This document shows, piece after piece, positions 48,336 to 57,805 of a stretch of 64,000 bases of DNA. The notes beneath the pieces were generated by a model. It was not told the DNA's origin and did no database searches. It worked only from the letters and a program-made list of their open reading frames with translations. The stretch comes from a virus (lineage: Duplodnaviria > Caudoviricetes). Numbering within the stretch: the first letter of the stretch is position 1; each line of letters opens with the position of its first letter. Location: positions 1-64,000 of the IMG/VR virus record IMGVR_UViG_3300014826_000002; one strand, given 5' to 3'. Made by a program: the position numbers and the translations under genes.

Positions 48336-48563
48336 TTATTTTGCATAAGCCCTACATAGTAGACATATAAGTATTAATGGACTTATTAAGAGTAAAAACC
48401 ATATACCTACAAACCAAAAAGACATCCACGCTGTTGTTCTACAGAGGTCTCTTAAATCTTCTTCCACTTTCCATTTCCTTTCTTTCTCTGTATATTCTCC
48501 CCGAATTACTTTACCTATCCTAGGGTACCTCTCACTGATATTTTTCATGCTACCATTTACCAC
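48336..48563 (-). CDS. Hypothetical membrane protein
   Basis: C-terminal hydrophobic segment. Confidence 0.5.
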   Translation of the reverse strand: MVNGSMKNISERYPRIGKVIRGEYTEKERKWKVEEDLRDLCRTTAWMSFWFVGIWFLLLISPLILICLLCRAYAK

Positions 48564-48683
48564 CAGAAAATAACATCCCTTCTAGTTTATTTATGTACTG
48601 ATTCTTACTTATTATTTCGTTTAACAAATTATTTACTTTAGTTTTTAATAAAGAATTTTCCTTCCTTAATTTCTCTATCTCTT

Positions 48684-48947
48684 TCATTTAATTCTCCGAA
48701 TATTTCTAACTTTATGATTACTTGGCCAATCATACTCATTACGTTCCCACAACTTTAATGTTTGTAAAAGGATAGGATTGTAGTATGTATCAGGGTATTT
48801 GCAAGAGAACCTCTTTCCACATTTACGACAAATGAATAAATGAACAGGAGTCTCATGTATTATCCCGTCCGCGTCTGTCCATGTACACGGAAGTATTTTT
48901 ACTTCCTCAAAATCGTGTTGACAGAAAAATCTCTTCCAATTAAACAC
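48684..48947 (-). CDS. Hypothetical Zn-ribbon protein
   Basis: FFCQHDF...CRKCGK. Confidence 0.6.
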   Translation of the reverse strand: MFNWKRFFCQHDFEEVKILPCTWTDADGIIHETPVHLFICRKCGKRFSCKYPDTYYNPILLQTLKLWERNEYDWPSNHKVRNIRRIK

Positions 48948-49206
48948 TTTCTACCTCCCAGTACTCTGTAAATTCAAGCATAGGAACTAAGCAAAGTCCT
49001 GTTGAGTTCTTAACAATCCAGTCACCTGCGAGCAATTCTCCATTATCTTCTATTTTAATATCTGAATATGAGCTTCCATTAAATTCTGTGCTACTTTTCA
49101 ATTTTAAAAAATTCAATGTTGGAAACGCATTAATTAACTCATCTAGATTCTCTCCATTGTACTGTAATGCTTCTCCACAAAGACTCCTTGTTTTACACTT
49201 TATCAT
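48940..49206 (-). CDS. Hypothetical phage protein
   Basis: EALQYNGEN...GDWIVK motif. Confidence 0.65.
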   Translation of the reverse strand: MIKCKTRSLCGEALQYNGENLDELINAFPTLNFLKLKSSTEFNGSSYSDIKIEDNGELLAGDWIVKNSTGLCLVPMLEFTEYWEVESV

Positions 49207-49227
49207 TGCTCTCTCCTTTTAAGTATT

Positions 49228-49287
49228 ATTATATAATAAATGTTACACATTGTCAAATTTGACAAAGTTTGAAGATAAGTGTAATAT
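49228..49287. promoter_or_regulatory. Back-to-back divergent sigma70 promoters
   Basis: Minus TTGACA-17-TATAAT (49228-49256); plus TTGACA-17-TAATAT (49259-49287). Confidence 0.8.
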
Positions 49288-49311
49288 TATATATATTAAA
49301 GGAGAATTTAT

Positions 49312-49572
49312 ATGGAAAAAAGAGAAGACATTGAACCTTATGAAACAATTTGCAACAATCATAACGAGGTTATGCATTTGCTAAAAGAATTTAAAAGAAC
49401 TGGAGACATGTGGAATATAGATCAAGCTTTGAAACTTGTAAGATATTGCAAGAAACAAGGTCAGTCCATGGAAAACCATATGCGTAAAACACGCTCTACG
49501 ATTGAATCTCTGGGCTATAAAAGAGTCTACAAACCTAAAAAAGGACATGAATTAAAATATTGGCAGAAATAG
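49312..49572 (+). CDS. Hypothetical protein
   Basis: AGGAG SD, own promoter. Confidence 0.7.
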   Translation: MEKREDIEPYETICNNHNEVMHLLKEFKRTGDMWNIDQALKLVRYCKKQGQSMENHMRKTRSTIESLGYKRVYKPKKGHELKYWQK

Positions 49573-49575
49573 TTT

Positions 49576-50328
49576 TTAAATATTATTAATTCTTTCTTCT
49601 GCTATTTTAAACATTTCGGGGTCGAGCTCACACCCTACAAACTTACATCCCATTCTTTGAGCAACAATTCCCGTGGTACCACTTCCCATAAATGGGTCCA
49701 TAACTATCTTACCAGAACCTACAAAATCCTTTATTATTCTTTCTATGAGTTCTTCGGGGAACCCTGCTTTAATATATTTGTTTCTTTTTCTTTTAATATG
49801 CCATATGTTATCTTCTTTTCCTCTTTCAAAATAGTGCTGAGCAAAAGTTCTTTTTAGAGGTTCACTATTAGAAAGGATAATCAGAAATTCCCATGTTGAA
49901 TTTAAAACTCCTTCGTTCATAGCTGGTTGAGAAACCATCTTATCCCATATAATTATATCTTTTATTTTTTCTGCGAATTTACCCATCATATGAAGCAACG
50001 GAATCTTATTTCCAGTCACCATTTGAATATTATAAAATACATAATCAGAGACTTGTAGGGACTTCTCTAAAAATTTTGTTTGAAATTCCTCATATTTATC
50101 TATAGGCATATCATCTTTGTAGTTTGAATATTTGTTTGTAATGTGCCCTTTATTAGTTTCTCCACTTCCCGCCCATCGAGAAACAAACTTACCATTTTGA
50201 ATACGCATGCACATATTATAGGGTGGAGAGGTTATTATAGCTCCTACTTTTCTTCCTTTTTCTATAAATTTATCTAGAACAACCAAGCAGTCTTGATTGT
50301 ATAATTTTACATTTGAATTTTGTATCAT
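49576..50328 (-). CDS. Beta-class N6A/N4C DNA methyltransferase (start MIQNS)
   Basis: ITSPPYN, DPFMGSGTTG, GCELD. Confidence 0.9.
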   Translation of the reverse strand: MIQNSNVKLYNQDCLVVLDKFIEKGRKVGAIITSPPYNMCMRIQNGKFVSRWAGSGETNKGHITNKYSNYKDDMPIDKYEEFQTKFLEKSLQVSDYVFYNIQMVTGNKIPLLHMMGKFAEKIKDIIIWDKMVSQPAMNEGVLNSTWEFLIILSNSEPLKRTFAQHYFERGKEDNIWHIKRKRNKYIKAGFPEELIERIIKDFVGSGKIVMDPFMGSGTTGIVAQRMGCKFVGCELDPEMFKIAEERINNI

Positions 50329-51062
50329 GCTTTTCTGATAGCCTTTCTCTTCTCTTTTTCTTTCCACAACATATCTTTTCTTATTTTCTTAAGAATTTCA
50401 TTATCAAAACTTCCCGTACCTTTAAGATTTATAGTATCTGCATGGAGTATCTCTTCCTCAAGTTCTTTCTTCGAAGATAATAGAATAGGTTTATAAACGT
50501 CTAATGTATCCTCTACTATTACATAATGAATGTAAAAACTTCTACCTTCATTTTCAAACTTACTAAAAGACCTCGCTATTCTGCCTATTGTCTGGTTAAA
50601 TTTTCCAACTCCCGGTGGAATATCATAAAGAAAAATTTCATTCGTTGCTTGAAGGTTAAGGCTCTCTCCTGCGGCATTTGATATAAGAACAACTTTACTC
50701 TTCGGGTCTCCACGAAACTCTTTTGCTATTTCACCACGTTTCTTGTCTCTAGTACTTCCTTGAATTACAAGAACTTCAATCCCTTTATCTTTAAAATCTT
50801 GCTCTACTTGAGCGATAACATCTAAAAACTGAATGTAAATGATTACACCTTTATCCAACAATGATTCATTGCTATCAGAACTCTTACCATGAAGAACTAA
50901 ATCCAGCAATAAATTTCTTTTCTCCCCAGACATGTCAACATATCTCTGCATTTCAGCTAATCTTGCAGAGTGTTGCTTTGTCTCTTGAGCCTTCTCTTCA
51001 TATGTCTTCTTATTCTTATCTACAGCAGCACAGCCCCGTAAGAAAAATGACTTTGTTCCCAT
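50325..51062 (-). CDS. SNF2/SF2 helicase C-terminal (HELICc) lobe as a separate gene
   Basis: VIIYIQF, IQGST, AAGESLNLQ, NQTIGRIAR. Confidence 0.85.
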   Translation of the reverse strand: MGTKSFFLRGCAAVDKNKKTYEEKAQETKQHSARLAEMQRYVDMSGEKRNLLLDLVLHGKSSDSNESLLDKGVIIYIQFLDVIAQVEQDFKDKGIEVLVIQGSTRDKKRGEIAKEFRGDPKSKVVLISNAAGESLNLQATNEIFLYDIPPGVGKFNQTIGRIARSFSKFENEGRSFYIHYVIVEDTLDVYKPILLSSKKELEEEILHADTINLKGTGSFDNEILKKIRKDMLWKEKEKRKAIRKA

Positions 51063-51083
51063 AGTTTCTCTCTTCTATATAAA

Positions 51084-51112
51084 ATTATACCATAAAGAAA
51101 AAGACATGTCAA
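51084..51112 (-). promoter_or_regulatory. sigma70 consensus promoter of the helicase C-lobe gene
   Basis: TTGACA-17-TATAAT. Confidence 0.8.
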
Positions 51113-51115
51113 AAG

Positions 51116-51457
51116 TTACTTATAGTACCACAACTCTCTTTCTTTAGCATTCAATGTTACAAATATTCGACGTGCGTCATCATCTAGGTTATCTTTAAAC
51201 CATTGAGGTGGTTCTGGGAGGTATTCAGTACAAAAGTGTCCGTCTTTATATGTGGGACGTGCAAAAGGATTCTTCATAGCTTTAAATATCTTTCTTATAG
51301 TAGGTATTGGATCCTTTGTATGGTACCAGCAATTCACGTTAGCACTACAACAAGTGTCAAAGCAATCTAAATCAGCGCCGAGATGACAAATGTCATAAAA
51401 CTCCCATAAACCGTTAAAATCCGCACCACCGTGTTCTTCCCAGAAAGGACAAGTCAT
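51116..51457 (-). CDS. Hypothetical Cys-rich protein
   Basis: 113-aa ORF, ATGA overlap. Confidence 0.6.
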   Translation of the reverse strand: MTCPFWEEHGGADFNGLWEFYDICHLGADLDCFDTCCSANVNCWYHTKDPIPTIRKIFKAMKNPFARPTYKDGHFCTEYLPEPPQWFKDNLDDDARRIFVTLNAKERELWYYK

Positions 51458-51825
51458 ACTTCATACTCCTTAACAGGAATTCCAAAGTTCTCTTCAATCC
51501 AATCAGCTAATACATGCCTATGACAAAAGTCACACGGCTTTTCATAGCATAATAACACACAGTCCTTTTCTGTTGACTTATAAGCGTCAAAGTCTTTAGC
51601 TATCTCCTTCTTATCTAAAGTATTAAGATAAGCCTTATATTCTATCGTGTAACCTTCGTTCGTAATATCTTTATCTTTCCACCTTTGATACGTCCAATAA
51701 CGTGGAGCAAAATCGGAATAATATAAACCTTCATAAAAGTCAGGTCTTTTCCCAGAAATTGCTATAGGTTCTATTCCAAGCTCTTTATAAACTTTAAACT
51801 TTGCATAATAGCCAGTATAAATCAT
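51454..51825 (-). CDS. DUF488-like protein
   Basis: IYTGY, FAP, LLCYEKP..FCHRHVLA.W. Confidence 0.8.
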   Translation of the reverse strand: MIYTGYYAKFKVYKELGIEPIAISGKRPDFYEGLYYSDFAPRYWTYQRWKDKDITNEGYTIEYKAYLNTLDKKEIAKDFDAYKSTEKDCVLLCYEKPCDFCHRHVLADWIEENFGIPVKEYEV

Positions 51826-51847
51826 CTTTCCCTTCCAATAATTCTTT

Positions 51848-52789
51848 CTACAATACTATCTCAGCAGATGCCAAGAGTTGTGGAAAATAACTATGATATC
51901 CGTAAATATATAATCCTCTAATTAAATTGGTATTATCATCTGATTGAGTTAATACCTCTAAGGTTGATAAGTCTCCTATAAAGCTCAAAGCTGGATTAAT
52001 TCCAGCATAAACCTCGTGGCTTAACCCATGCGCTAATTCTTCAAGTTCCTTTATAACTATAACATCAAAAGAAGCAATTCTCCCAATGGCTCCTTTTCGA
52101 AAATAAATGTCTCTAATTATAGCTGCAGGTACAAATTCATTTAAGTCTTTTAATGCTTGAGCTACCCATTCATCTACCAGCAAAAAAGGTGCCTGTAGCT
52201 GCTCGTCTGGATTTAAACCTAAATTATCTATAGCATAAAATATGTCAGACCTTAATTCTCTTAACCTCCAGTATAAGTCCAAAGAACCTTGAGTGGCAGA
52301 GGTGTAAGAAACTTTAGTTTCACTATCCATTCTTAACTTTTTCAGATACTGGACTATCTTACTATTTATTTCACTCTCTAGATTCTGTACTGAAGATTTA
52401 ATTAATTCATTTTTATTATATCTTCCATTATCGGAAAATGCAAAAAATTTCTTACAATAGAATCCCATAAGGGGAGAATTTACGGGAGATTCTTTTAGCG
52501 GTTGAGCAGGTGTAACCACGTCATCATAATAAAACTTATCTTTAGTCCTAGAAAATCCTTGAGTCATGCAATGCAAAATGGGAATTCTTTGAATTTCATT
52601 TAAAATTAAACTTTCGTAAAGGGCTTGATTATTTTCGTTCGTGTTAACATTCTTGCATGATTGGCTCTCTATTTTAGAGCTGGATATCAATGCTCTTAAT
52701 TCTTGCATCAAGTTATCTGTTTCAACTTTACTACGTGTAATATTATCTAATATATCTACTATCTTTTCGTTAATTTCTTGCTGGCTCAT
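51848..52789 (-). CDS. Diverged HK97-fold (P22-coat-like) capsid-related protein
   Basis: FRKGAIGRIASFDV and ALSFIGDL..LE......NLIRGLYIYG....PQLLA resemble temperate-phage major capsid C-termini. Confidence 0.5.
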   Translation of the reverse strand: MSQQEINEKIVDILDNITRSKVETDNLMQELRALISSSKIESQSCKNVNTNENNQALYESLILNEIQRIPILHCMTQGFSRTKDKFYYDDVVTPAQPLKESPVNSPLMGFYCKKFFAFSDNGRYNKNELIKSSVQNLESEINSKIVQYLKKLRMDSETKVSYTSATQGSLDLYWRLRELRSDIFYAIDNLGLNPDEQLQAPFLLVDEWVAQALKDLNEFVPAAIIRDIYFRKGAIGRIASFDVIVIKELEELAHGLSHEVYAGINPALSFIGDLSTLEVLTQSDDNTNLIRGLYIYGYHSYFPQLLASAEIVL

Positions 52790-52809
52790 GTGTCTCTCCT
52801 TTTCATAAT

Positions 52810-52838
52810 ATTATAACATACACGCTGCCTTAAGTCAA
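52810..52838 (-). promoter_or_regulatory. sigma70-type promoter
   Basis: TTGACT-17-TATAAT. Confidence 0.75.
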
Positions 52839-52839
52839 A

Positions 52840-53217
52840 CTAGCTAAAGTCATTCAGCGTAAACATGAACCCGTCGTTAGTCCACTCCATTATTCCGTGA
52901 CATATAGGTTCTATCTTACATAATGGTTGCTGCCCGTTTTCTGGCTCCTTAGATTCCTTAACAATTCTTAAAAATTCTTCATACGGAATATACTCACCAT
53001 ACTCATCATATATGTAACCTTCCTTAAGAAACTCGCGGTACTCACAATAAGTTCCTAGAGACATAAAATGAGCCGGGTCTCCCCATAATGAAACACTTTG
53101 GTAGGCTTGAAAGTTAAAAACCCATCCTGCAGAGTTCTTCCCTATATGTAAGCCTTCTTCTGGAAGTACGTCCCTTGTCTCTATTTTATCTCTAAACCAG
53201 TAATAATTAGTACCCAT
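52840..53217 (-). CDS. Hypothetical phage protein
   Basis: MGTNYY...LHIGKNSAGWVF..Q pattern. Confidence 0.7.
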   Translation of the reverse strand: MGTNYYWFRDKIETRDVLPEEGLHIGKNSAGWVFNFQAYQSVSLWGDPAHFMSLGTYCEYREFLKEGYIYDEYGEYIPYEEFLRIVKESKEPENGQQPLCKIEPICHGIMEWTNDGFMFTLNDFS

Positions 53218-53219
53218 GT

Positions 53220-53693
53220 TTAATCCTCCTTGAACTTCCCTTGTAAGTAATAAAGCGAATCTAGGTATTTCTTATCATAAGGAATATATGGACTTATATC
53301 TATATCTCTTTTATGAAGTTCATATATAAAAGAACTTGAAATATCTGTAGAAGCTCTAAAATAGACTACCTTAATATCGGGTTTCAGCATCCTGTACTGT
53401 TTAATCAACGCTTCTTCATACAGGTAATCCGTGGTATTTCTCAGACCTCTTATAAGGTAGTCGCATTTATAATAATTCATTATATCTGTAGTTAACGAGC
53501 TTGAATAAACGATATGATGATTTGTAATAGTTTCTATAGCATTACTACAACAAAACATATCAAACCTTCTCTTCTTAGAAGGATTCTCCGCAATGACTAT
53601 TACTATGTCGTCAAATAGCTCTTCCGCTTGCTTTAAAACATCGTAGTGCCCATTAGTAAACGGGTCAAATGACCCTATGTAAAGTGCCCTCAT
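53220..53693 (-). CDS. coaD: Phosphopantetheine adenylyltransferase
   Basis: YIGSFDPFTNGH, NPSKK, LIRGLR..DY.YE, ISSSFI. Confidence 0.9.
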   Translation of the reverse strand: MRALYIGSFDPFTNGHYDVLKQAEELFDDIVIVIAENPSKKRRFDMFCCSNAIETITNHHIVYSSSLTTDIMNYYKCDYLIRGLRNTTDYLYEEALIKQYRMLKPDIKVVYFRASTDISSSFIYELHKRDIDISPYIPYDKKYLDSLYYLQGKFKED

Positions 53694-53694
53694 T

Positions 53695-53901
53695 CTAACC
53701 TCCTACCAGTATTCCGCCCAGTACTATCAGTAAAGGTAATATGAAGATACCTCCATAAAACCAATACCCTAGATTCTCCCAGAATGAAGCTTTCTTAGGA
53801 TTATCCCAGAAATATCCAAGCTCCTTATCCTGACAGTATCGAAAACCTACTGAGCATAAAAGCATTACAACAACTATAGCTACTAATATTAACTCTTCCA
53901 T
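53695..53901 (-). CDS. Small membrane protein
   Basis: Two hydrophobic segments. Confidence 0.6.
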   Translation of the reverse strand: MEELILVAIVVVMLLCSVGFRYCQDKELGYFWDNPKKASFWENLGYWFYGGIFILPLLIVLGGILVGG

Positions 53902-53911
53902 TAAATATCTC

Positions 53912-54946
53912 CTATGCTAAAAATCTATCAAGGTCATACCAGTCTCTTGCTTTCTCTTGTTTTGTTCTTACGTATTGGCTACGCGCACTTATAGCATGAC
54001 TACTTAATATTTCTTTACATTTATGGGCTGTGCATCCTACGTACGGATGAAGGTACTCTACAGGAACACCACATCCAACCCCATACTTGAGAATGTCACT
54101 AACTTGCTGTTCGGAAAGGACTTCTTTCTTATAATAATTAAATACTATGTTCCTAACAGTCCTTTCTGTTGTTCCTATATCATTAGAAATATCTTTAATC
54201 TTATCACCTCTAATCAAAGAATGTATAATATGGTTCTTCTGGGCTGTCGTTAAATGTCTATAAATACCATCCTCTAAGTACTTGTGACCACAATTTAAAC
54301 ATATATAGTATTGCTTCTTTCCGCTAGACATTCCAGCTTTCTTAGCACCTACGTGTTTACATACAGGGCACTCTTTCTCTTGTATTTTGAAAGCATGTTG
54401 CGACGGATTCTCAACAAATTTATAACCGCAAGAAGTGCACTTGTACCTTTGCTTACCTGATTTCGTATCATGTCCGCTAAGATTAATATGATTTCTACCA
54501 CACTTAGGACATTTTTCAGGTCTTCGGATATCTCTCACAACTGTACTCTGGCTAAAATTCTTGTGACAGTCATTACACAAATACCTCTTAGCGCCTGACT
54601 TTAGCCTTCCGCCTTTCCTAACATTTTCAGAGCCGCAGTGAGGACACGGCATGTCAATAACTCTTACTTTAAGGTTAGATAAATCTCCTGAAAATGTCTT
54701 CTTACAATTAGCACATTTATATCTACGAGCGTGTCCATTATTAGACCAACCCTTATAACGGAGTTCACCTCCACAATAAGGGCACTTCTCCTTAATAGGA
54801 GGCTGTGGCATAGTGTTCTCATTAAATCTCTTATGACACTCGCGACAGATGTATATTTGAGCTCCTAATTTAGTCTTCCCAGACTTATTAGTTCGTCCTC
54901 CACAATGAATACATTTGACTTCATTCATTATAAGTACCTCAAGCAC
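53912..54946 (-). CDS. Protein with five tandem InsA-like Zn ribbons plus HTH
   Basis: Five CxxC...G..RY.CxxC..F units then IKDISNDIGTTERTVRNI. Confidence 0.8.
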   Translation of the reverse strand: MLEVLIMNEVKCIHCGGRTNKSGKTKLGAQIYICRECHKRFNENTMPQPPIKEKCPYCGGELRYKGWSNNGHARRYKCANCKKTFSGDLSNLKVRVIDMPCPHCGSENVRKGGRLKSGAKRYLCNDCHKNFSQSTVVRDIRRPEKCPKCGRNHINLSGHDTKSGKQRYKCTSCGYKFVENPSQHAFKIQEKECPVCKHVGAKKAGMSSGKKQYYICLNCGHKYLEDGIYRHLTTAQKNHIIHSLIRGDKIKDISNDIGTTERTVRNIVFNYYKKEVLSEQQVSDILKYGVGCGVPVEYLHPYVGCTAHKCKEILSSHAISARSQYVRTKQEKARDWYDLDRFLA

Positions 54947-55341
54947 AAGTAATTAATAATTAAATGCAAAATATTATCTTGAATAATTATTAACCATATT
55001 CTTATAAATAAGGGTCTACCGTTGTAACCATCGTTCAAAGTTATTGTTTCTATCTTTGGCAGATGTCCCCTATCTATCTCCACTTCATAGCCAACGGTTT
55101 CAGACTTAAAACTCCAATTCTTTAATTGGTTTAATCTACCTACTATATTTGTATGATCAATTACAATGTGTGTTATTCCTATAGTAAGCAATGCAATCAA
55201 AGAACGGGTCAAAAGTAAAAACGGCAAAGTATAGATTATACCATGTACAATAGCTGGAAACCATCTTTTCTTTTTATTTAATGCCATCCAATCATTCTGA
55301 AGCCAGTAGTCAGCGAATAGGTGTATTAACAATTGTTCCAT
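54928..55341 (-). CDS. DUF3307-family membrane protein
   Basis: HLFADYWLQ, HGIIY, THIVIDH, DNILH. Confidence 0.85.
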   Translation of the reverse strand: MEQLLIHLFADYWLQNDWMALNKKKRWFPAIVHGIIYTLPFLLLTRSLIALLTIGITHIVIDHTNIVGRLNQLKNWSFKSETVGYEVEIDRGHLPKIETITLNDGYNGRPLFIRIWLIIIQDNILHLIINYLCLRYL

Positions 55342-55466
55342 TAATTACTTCCTTTCATACCGTGCACACTTTGATTAATTCTTTACAATTATATCATATC
55401 AAAAATTAAACTATAATGCAAGGTTTTCTTAGTGTCAATCTTTTCATAGTTTAGAATTCTGTACAC

Positions 55467-56255
55467 TTACTTGCTGAGATTCTTGTACCTCTCATAACCT
55501 TCAAGGACTTCTTCCAGTTTAGGTTTACGACCACAGCACTGGTGTTCAGTGCAAAAGCCGTGGACTTCGCAAGAAGGAACAAGCAATGATGCCAACCTTT
55601 CATCAAATGCTTTTACTTCTTTCTTTATCTCTTGGAATAGCTGCCTTATTTCAGTTTGAGCTCTTGAACAAAGACGAAGGTTGGATATGTGCATGAGCTC
55701 TCTCAAGTTTATTGACATTGTAATATTTGTTTTTGTTGCATTAGGAAGAATTGCTCTAGCATCTTCTGGTGCCGTACCTTCTTCTTCGATAAGTCTTCTA
55801 TATTCTATAAGACAATCTAATTCTGCATATTTTAAACCAGACATTCCATCTTGATTCGGAACAAAATATTTCTCTACAATCCCAGCAGTTTTAGCTGCAC
55901 CACCGTGTTCTCTTATATCTCTGAGCTCTTGTAATGACTCTTTTATTTCCACATATCTTTGAGATTGTTGAGAGAATACAATACCTGCTCTATGTCTTAC
56001 TAACTGATGTGAACATGCTCTACTTATTCCTTCAATTGCAAATGTGAAAGAGATATTTTCTGCAACTGATTGATGCCCGCTATCTAATACTCTTTTAACA
56101 AGGTTCCAATGTTTTTCTTTTTGCTCTTGCTTATCTGTAATTAATTCAATATCATCCCACATTTCCACAGGAGACTTCGCAGAATAACATGTTCTTGCTG
56201 CTGTCCACATTACATCTATTAGATTTTGTGTTACTTGTATTAATTTAACCTTCAT
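55467..56255 (-). CDS. thyX: FAD-dependent thymidylate synthase
   Basis: SGHQSVAE, ISRACSHQLVRHR, SQQSQRYV, EDARAILPNA, RLCSRAQTEIR. Confidence 0.96.
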   Translation of the reverse strand: MKVKLIQVTQNLIDVMWTAARTCYSAKSPVEMWDDIELITDKQEQKEKHWNLVKRVLDSGHQSVAENISFTFAIEGISRACSHQLVRHRAGIVFSQQSQRYVEIKESLQELRDIREHGGAAKTAGIVEKYFVPNQDGMSGLKYAELDCLIEYRRLIEEEGTAPEDARAILPNATKTNITMSINLRELMHISNLRLCSRAQTEIRQLFQEIKKEVKAFDERLASLLVPSCEVHGFCTEHQCCGRKPKLEEVLEGYERYKNLSK

Positions 56256-56683
56256 TATTTTACTTCCTCGTTATCGGGATATGTGGAAATACCAATAATA
56301 TTAGGTAATTGTTTATACTTAATGCCGCATTTAGTGCAAGTAACTTCATTTTCTCTATCTAGGTCAGCTACTAGTATTTCAGTTCTTTCCTTACACTTAG
56401 GACACTGAATAGCATAGCCTTTTAACAAACCTTTGAATAAGATAGCTTTTAAGATAGAGTAATTTTGGTCACTCGCTACTGACTTCTTAAGGATATCACG
56501 TACTACTTTAACTGGGAAGTGCACTTTAGAGTCCATTTCAGCACATTTCGCGTCATCCCATGAAATAACATCACTTATTTGAAATTGTGCTTCCGCTAAT
56601 TTTGTTTCTTCTACTTTAGCCTTTTTTGTAGTTCTTGGTTTTCTTGTGGCTTTCTTTTCTTCTTTAATTTTAGTATCTGCCAT
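56255..56683 (-). CDS. Hypothetical Zn-ribbon protein
   Basis: CPKC...CTKC. Confidence 0.65.
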   Translation of the reverse strand: MADTKIKEEKKATRKPRTTKKAKVEETKLAEAQFQISDVISWDDAKCAEMDSKVHFPVKVVRDILKKSVASDQNYSILKAILFKGLLKGYAIQCPKCKERTEILVADLDRENEVTCTKCGIKYKQLPNIIGISTYPDNEEVK

Positions 56684-56737
56684 ATTACTTTCTCCTTATA
56701 TATTACAGTGTATCATAAATTCTTCATTTTGTAAAAT

Positions 56738-57409
56738 CTAGTTGAACCATTTGAGTTCTGTATGTCCCTTATACCCTTTCTGCCATACGAACCATGCATA
56801 GCAAACTGCTGATGACTCCTTTATCATAATGGGGCTCCCGTCATTATTGTAAACAATATTTCCAGCTTTATCCTTTTTAGGTTTATAGAATTTTCCATTC
56901 TTCGCACAAGGTATTCTGGATGAACTTACCCATACCCTGAGAGGAGGATATTCTTTGAAGAACTTTCTTCTTTCTTTACCTTCTAAAAAAGTTAACTTCA
57001 TGAATAAGACAGAATATCTGCCTTCTTTTATTACGTCTAACTGGTGTTTAGCCCAAGAATACCCTGTTGCAAACGGTGGGTTAGTAACTATATCACCTTT
57101 CCATACTTTATTCATCTGTAAAAAGTCTTTCCCAAAAGATTGTGGGATACCATCAGGATGATAGCCTCTATCTATTAAGTCGCTAACAGCTCCAAGCTTC
57201 CCCGCTTCATTAAATACTTTAGCTAAATCACCTTCGCCAACAGCACACTCCCATATATTATCCAATTGTGGTTCTAGCTTGAGAAGCCACTCCGCAGCTA
57301 TTGAATCAGTTGCATAAAAATCGTTCTCTTCTCTCTCTTCCTTAGCATGTCCTGTAGCTCCGTTACATACAAAAACTGCAGCCTTATTACCTATATAATC
57401 TTTCCTCAT
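56738..57409 (-). CDS. Phage adenine-specific DNA methyltransferase
   Basis: DFYAT, WECAVGEG, IVTNPPF. Confidence 0.85.
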   Translation of the reverse strand: MRKDYIGNKAAVFVCNGATGHAKEEREENDFYATDSIAAEWLLKLEPQLDNIWECAVGEGDLAKVFNEAGKLGAVSDLIDRGYHPDGIPQSFGKDFLQMNKVWKGDIVTNPPFATGYSWAKHQLDVIKEGRYSVLFMKLTFLEGKERRKFFKEYPPLRVWVSSSRIPCAKNGKFYKPKKDKAGNIVYNNDGSPIMIKESSAVCYAWFVWQKGYKGHTELKWFN

Positions 57410-57414
57410 ATAAA

Positions 57415-57642
57415 TTACCTATTATTCTTTGATTTCAACCAAGTTTCTTCATACTGTACATCTCTAGTAAGTTCTTGTTTCCCAGTTTCTTTCTTAACTT
57501 CTCGTTCATTATTTTTCATTGTATCATTAGAAGTATCCTTCTTAACTTCAGTACTCTTAGCTTCTTTCTTAAAGTCTAATTCTACTTTCTTTGGTAACTT
57601 TCCAACAAAAGATAACGAGTTACTTATTGGTAATATTCTCAT
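57415..57642 (-). CDS. Hypothetical protein
   Basis: Coupled ORF. Confidence 0.5.
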   Translation of the reverse strand: MRILPISNSLSFVGKLPKKVELDFKKEAKSTEVKKDTSNDTMKNNEREVKKETGKQELTRDVQYEETWLKSKNNR

Positions 57643-57805
57643 ATTCTCTCCTTCTAAAATAATCTTTAATCTTATTTAAAGTTTTATTACTTATATTCTT
57701 ATAATCACTAACATAATTATATAATGAAGATTCTGAAATTCCTATATCTAAAGCAATTTCAAACAAACTCCTATCCTTCTTCATCTTAAGTATTCTTCTT
57801 TTCAT
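57620..57805 (-). CDS. Small XRE-type HTH protein
   Basis: SLFEIALDIGISESSLYNYV...ISNKTLNKI. Confidence 0.65.
   Translation of the reverse strand: MKRRILKMKKDRSLFEIALDIGISESSLYNYVSDYKNISNKTLNKIKDYFRRREYENITNK

Noticed and set aside
53912-54946. IS1 element
   Set aside because: No InsB/DDE domain, frameshift window or terminal inverted repeats.
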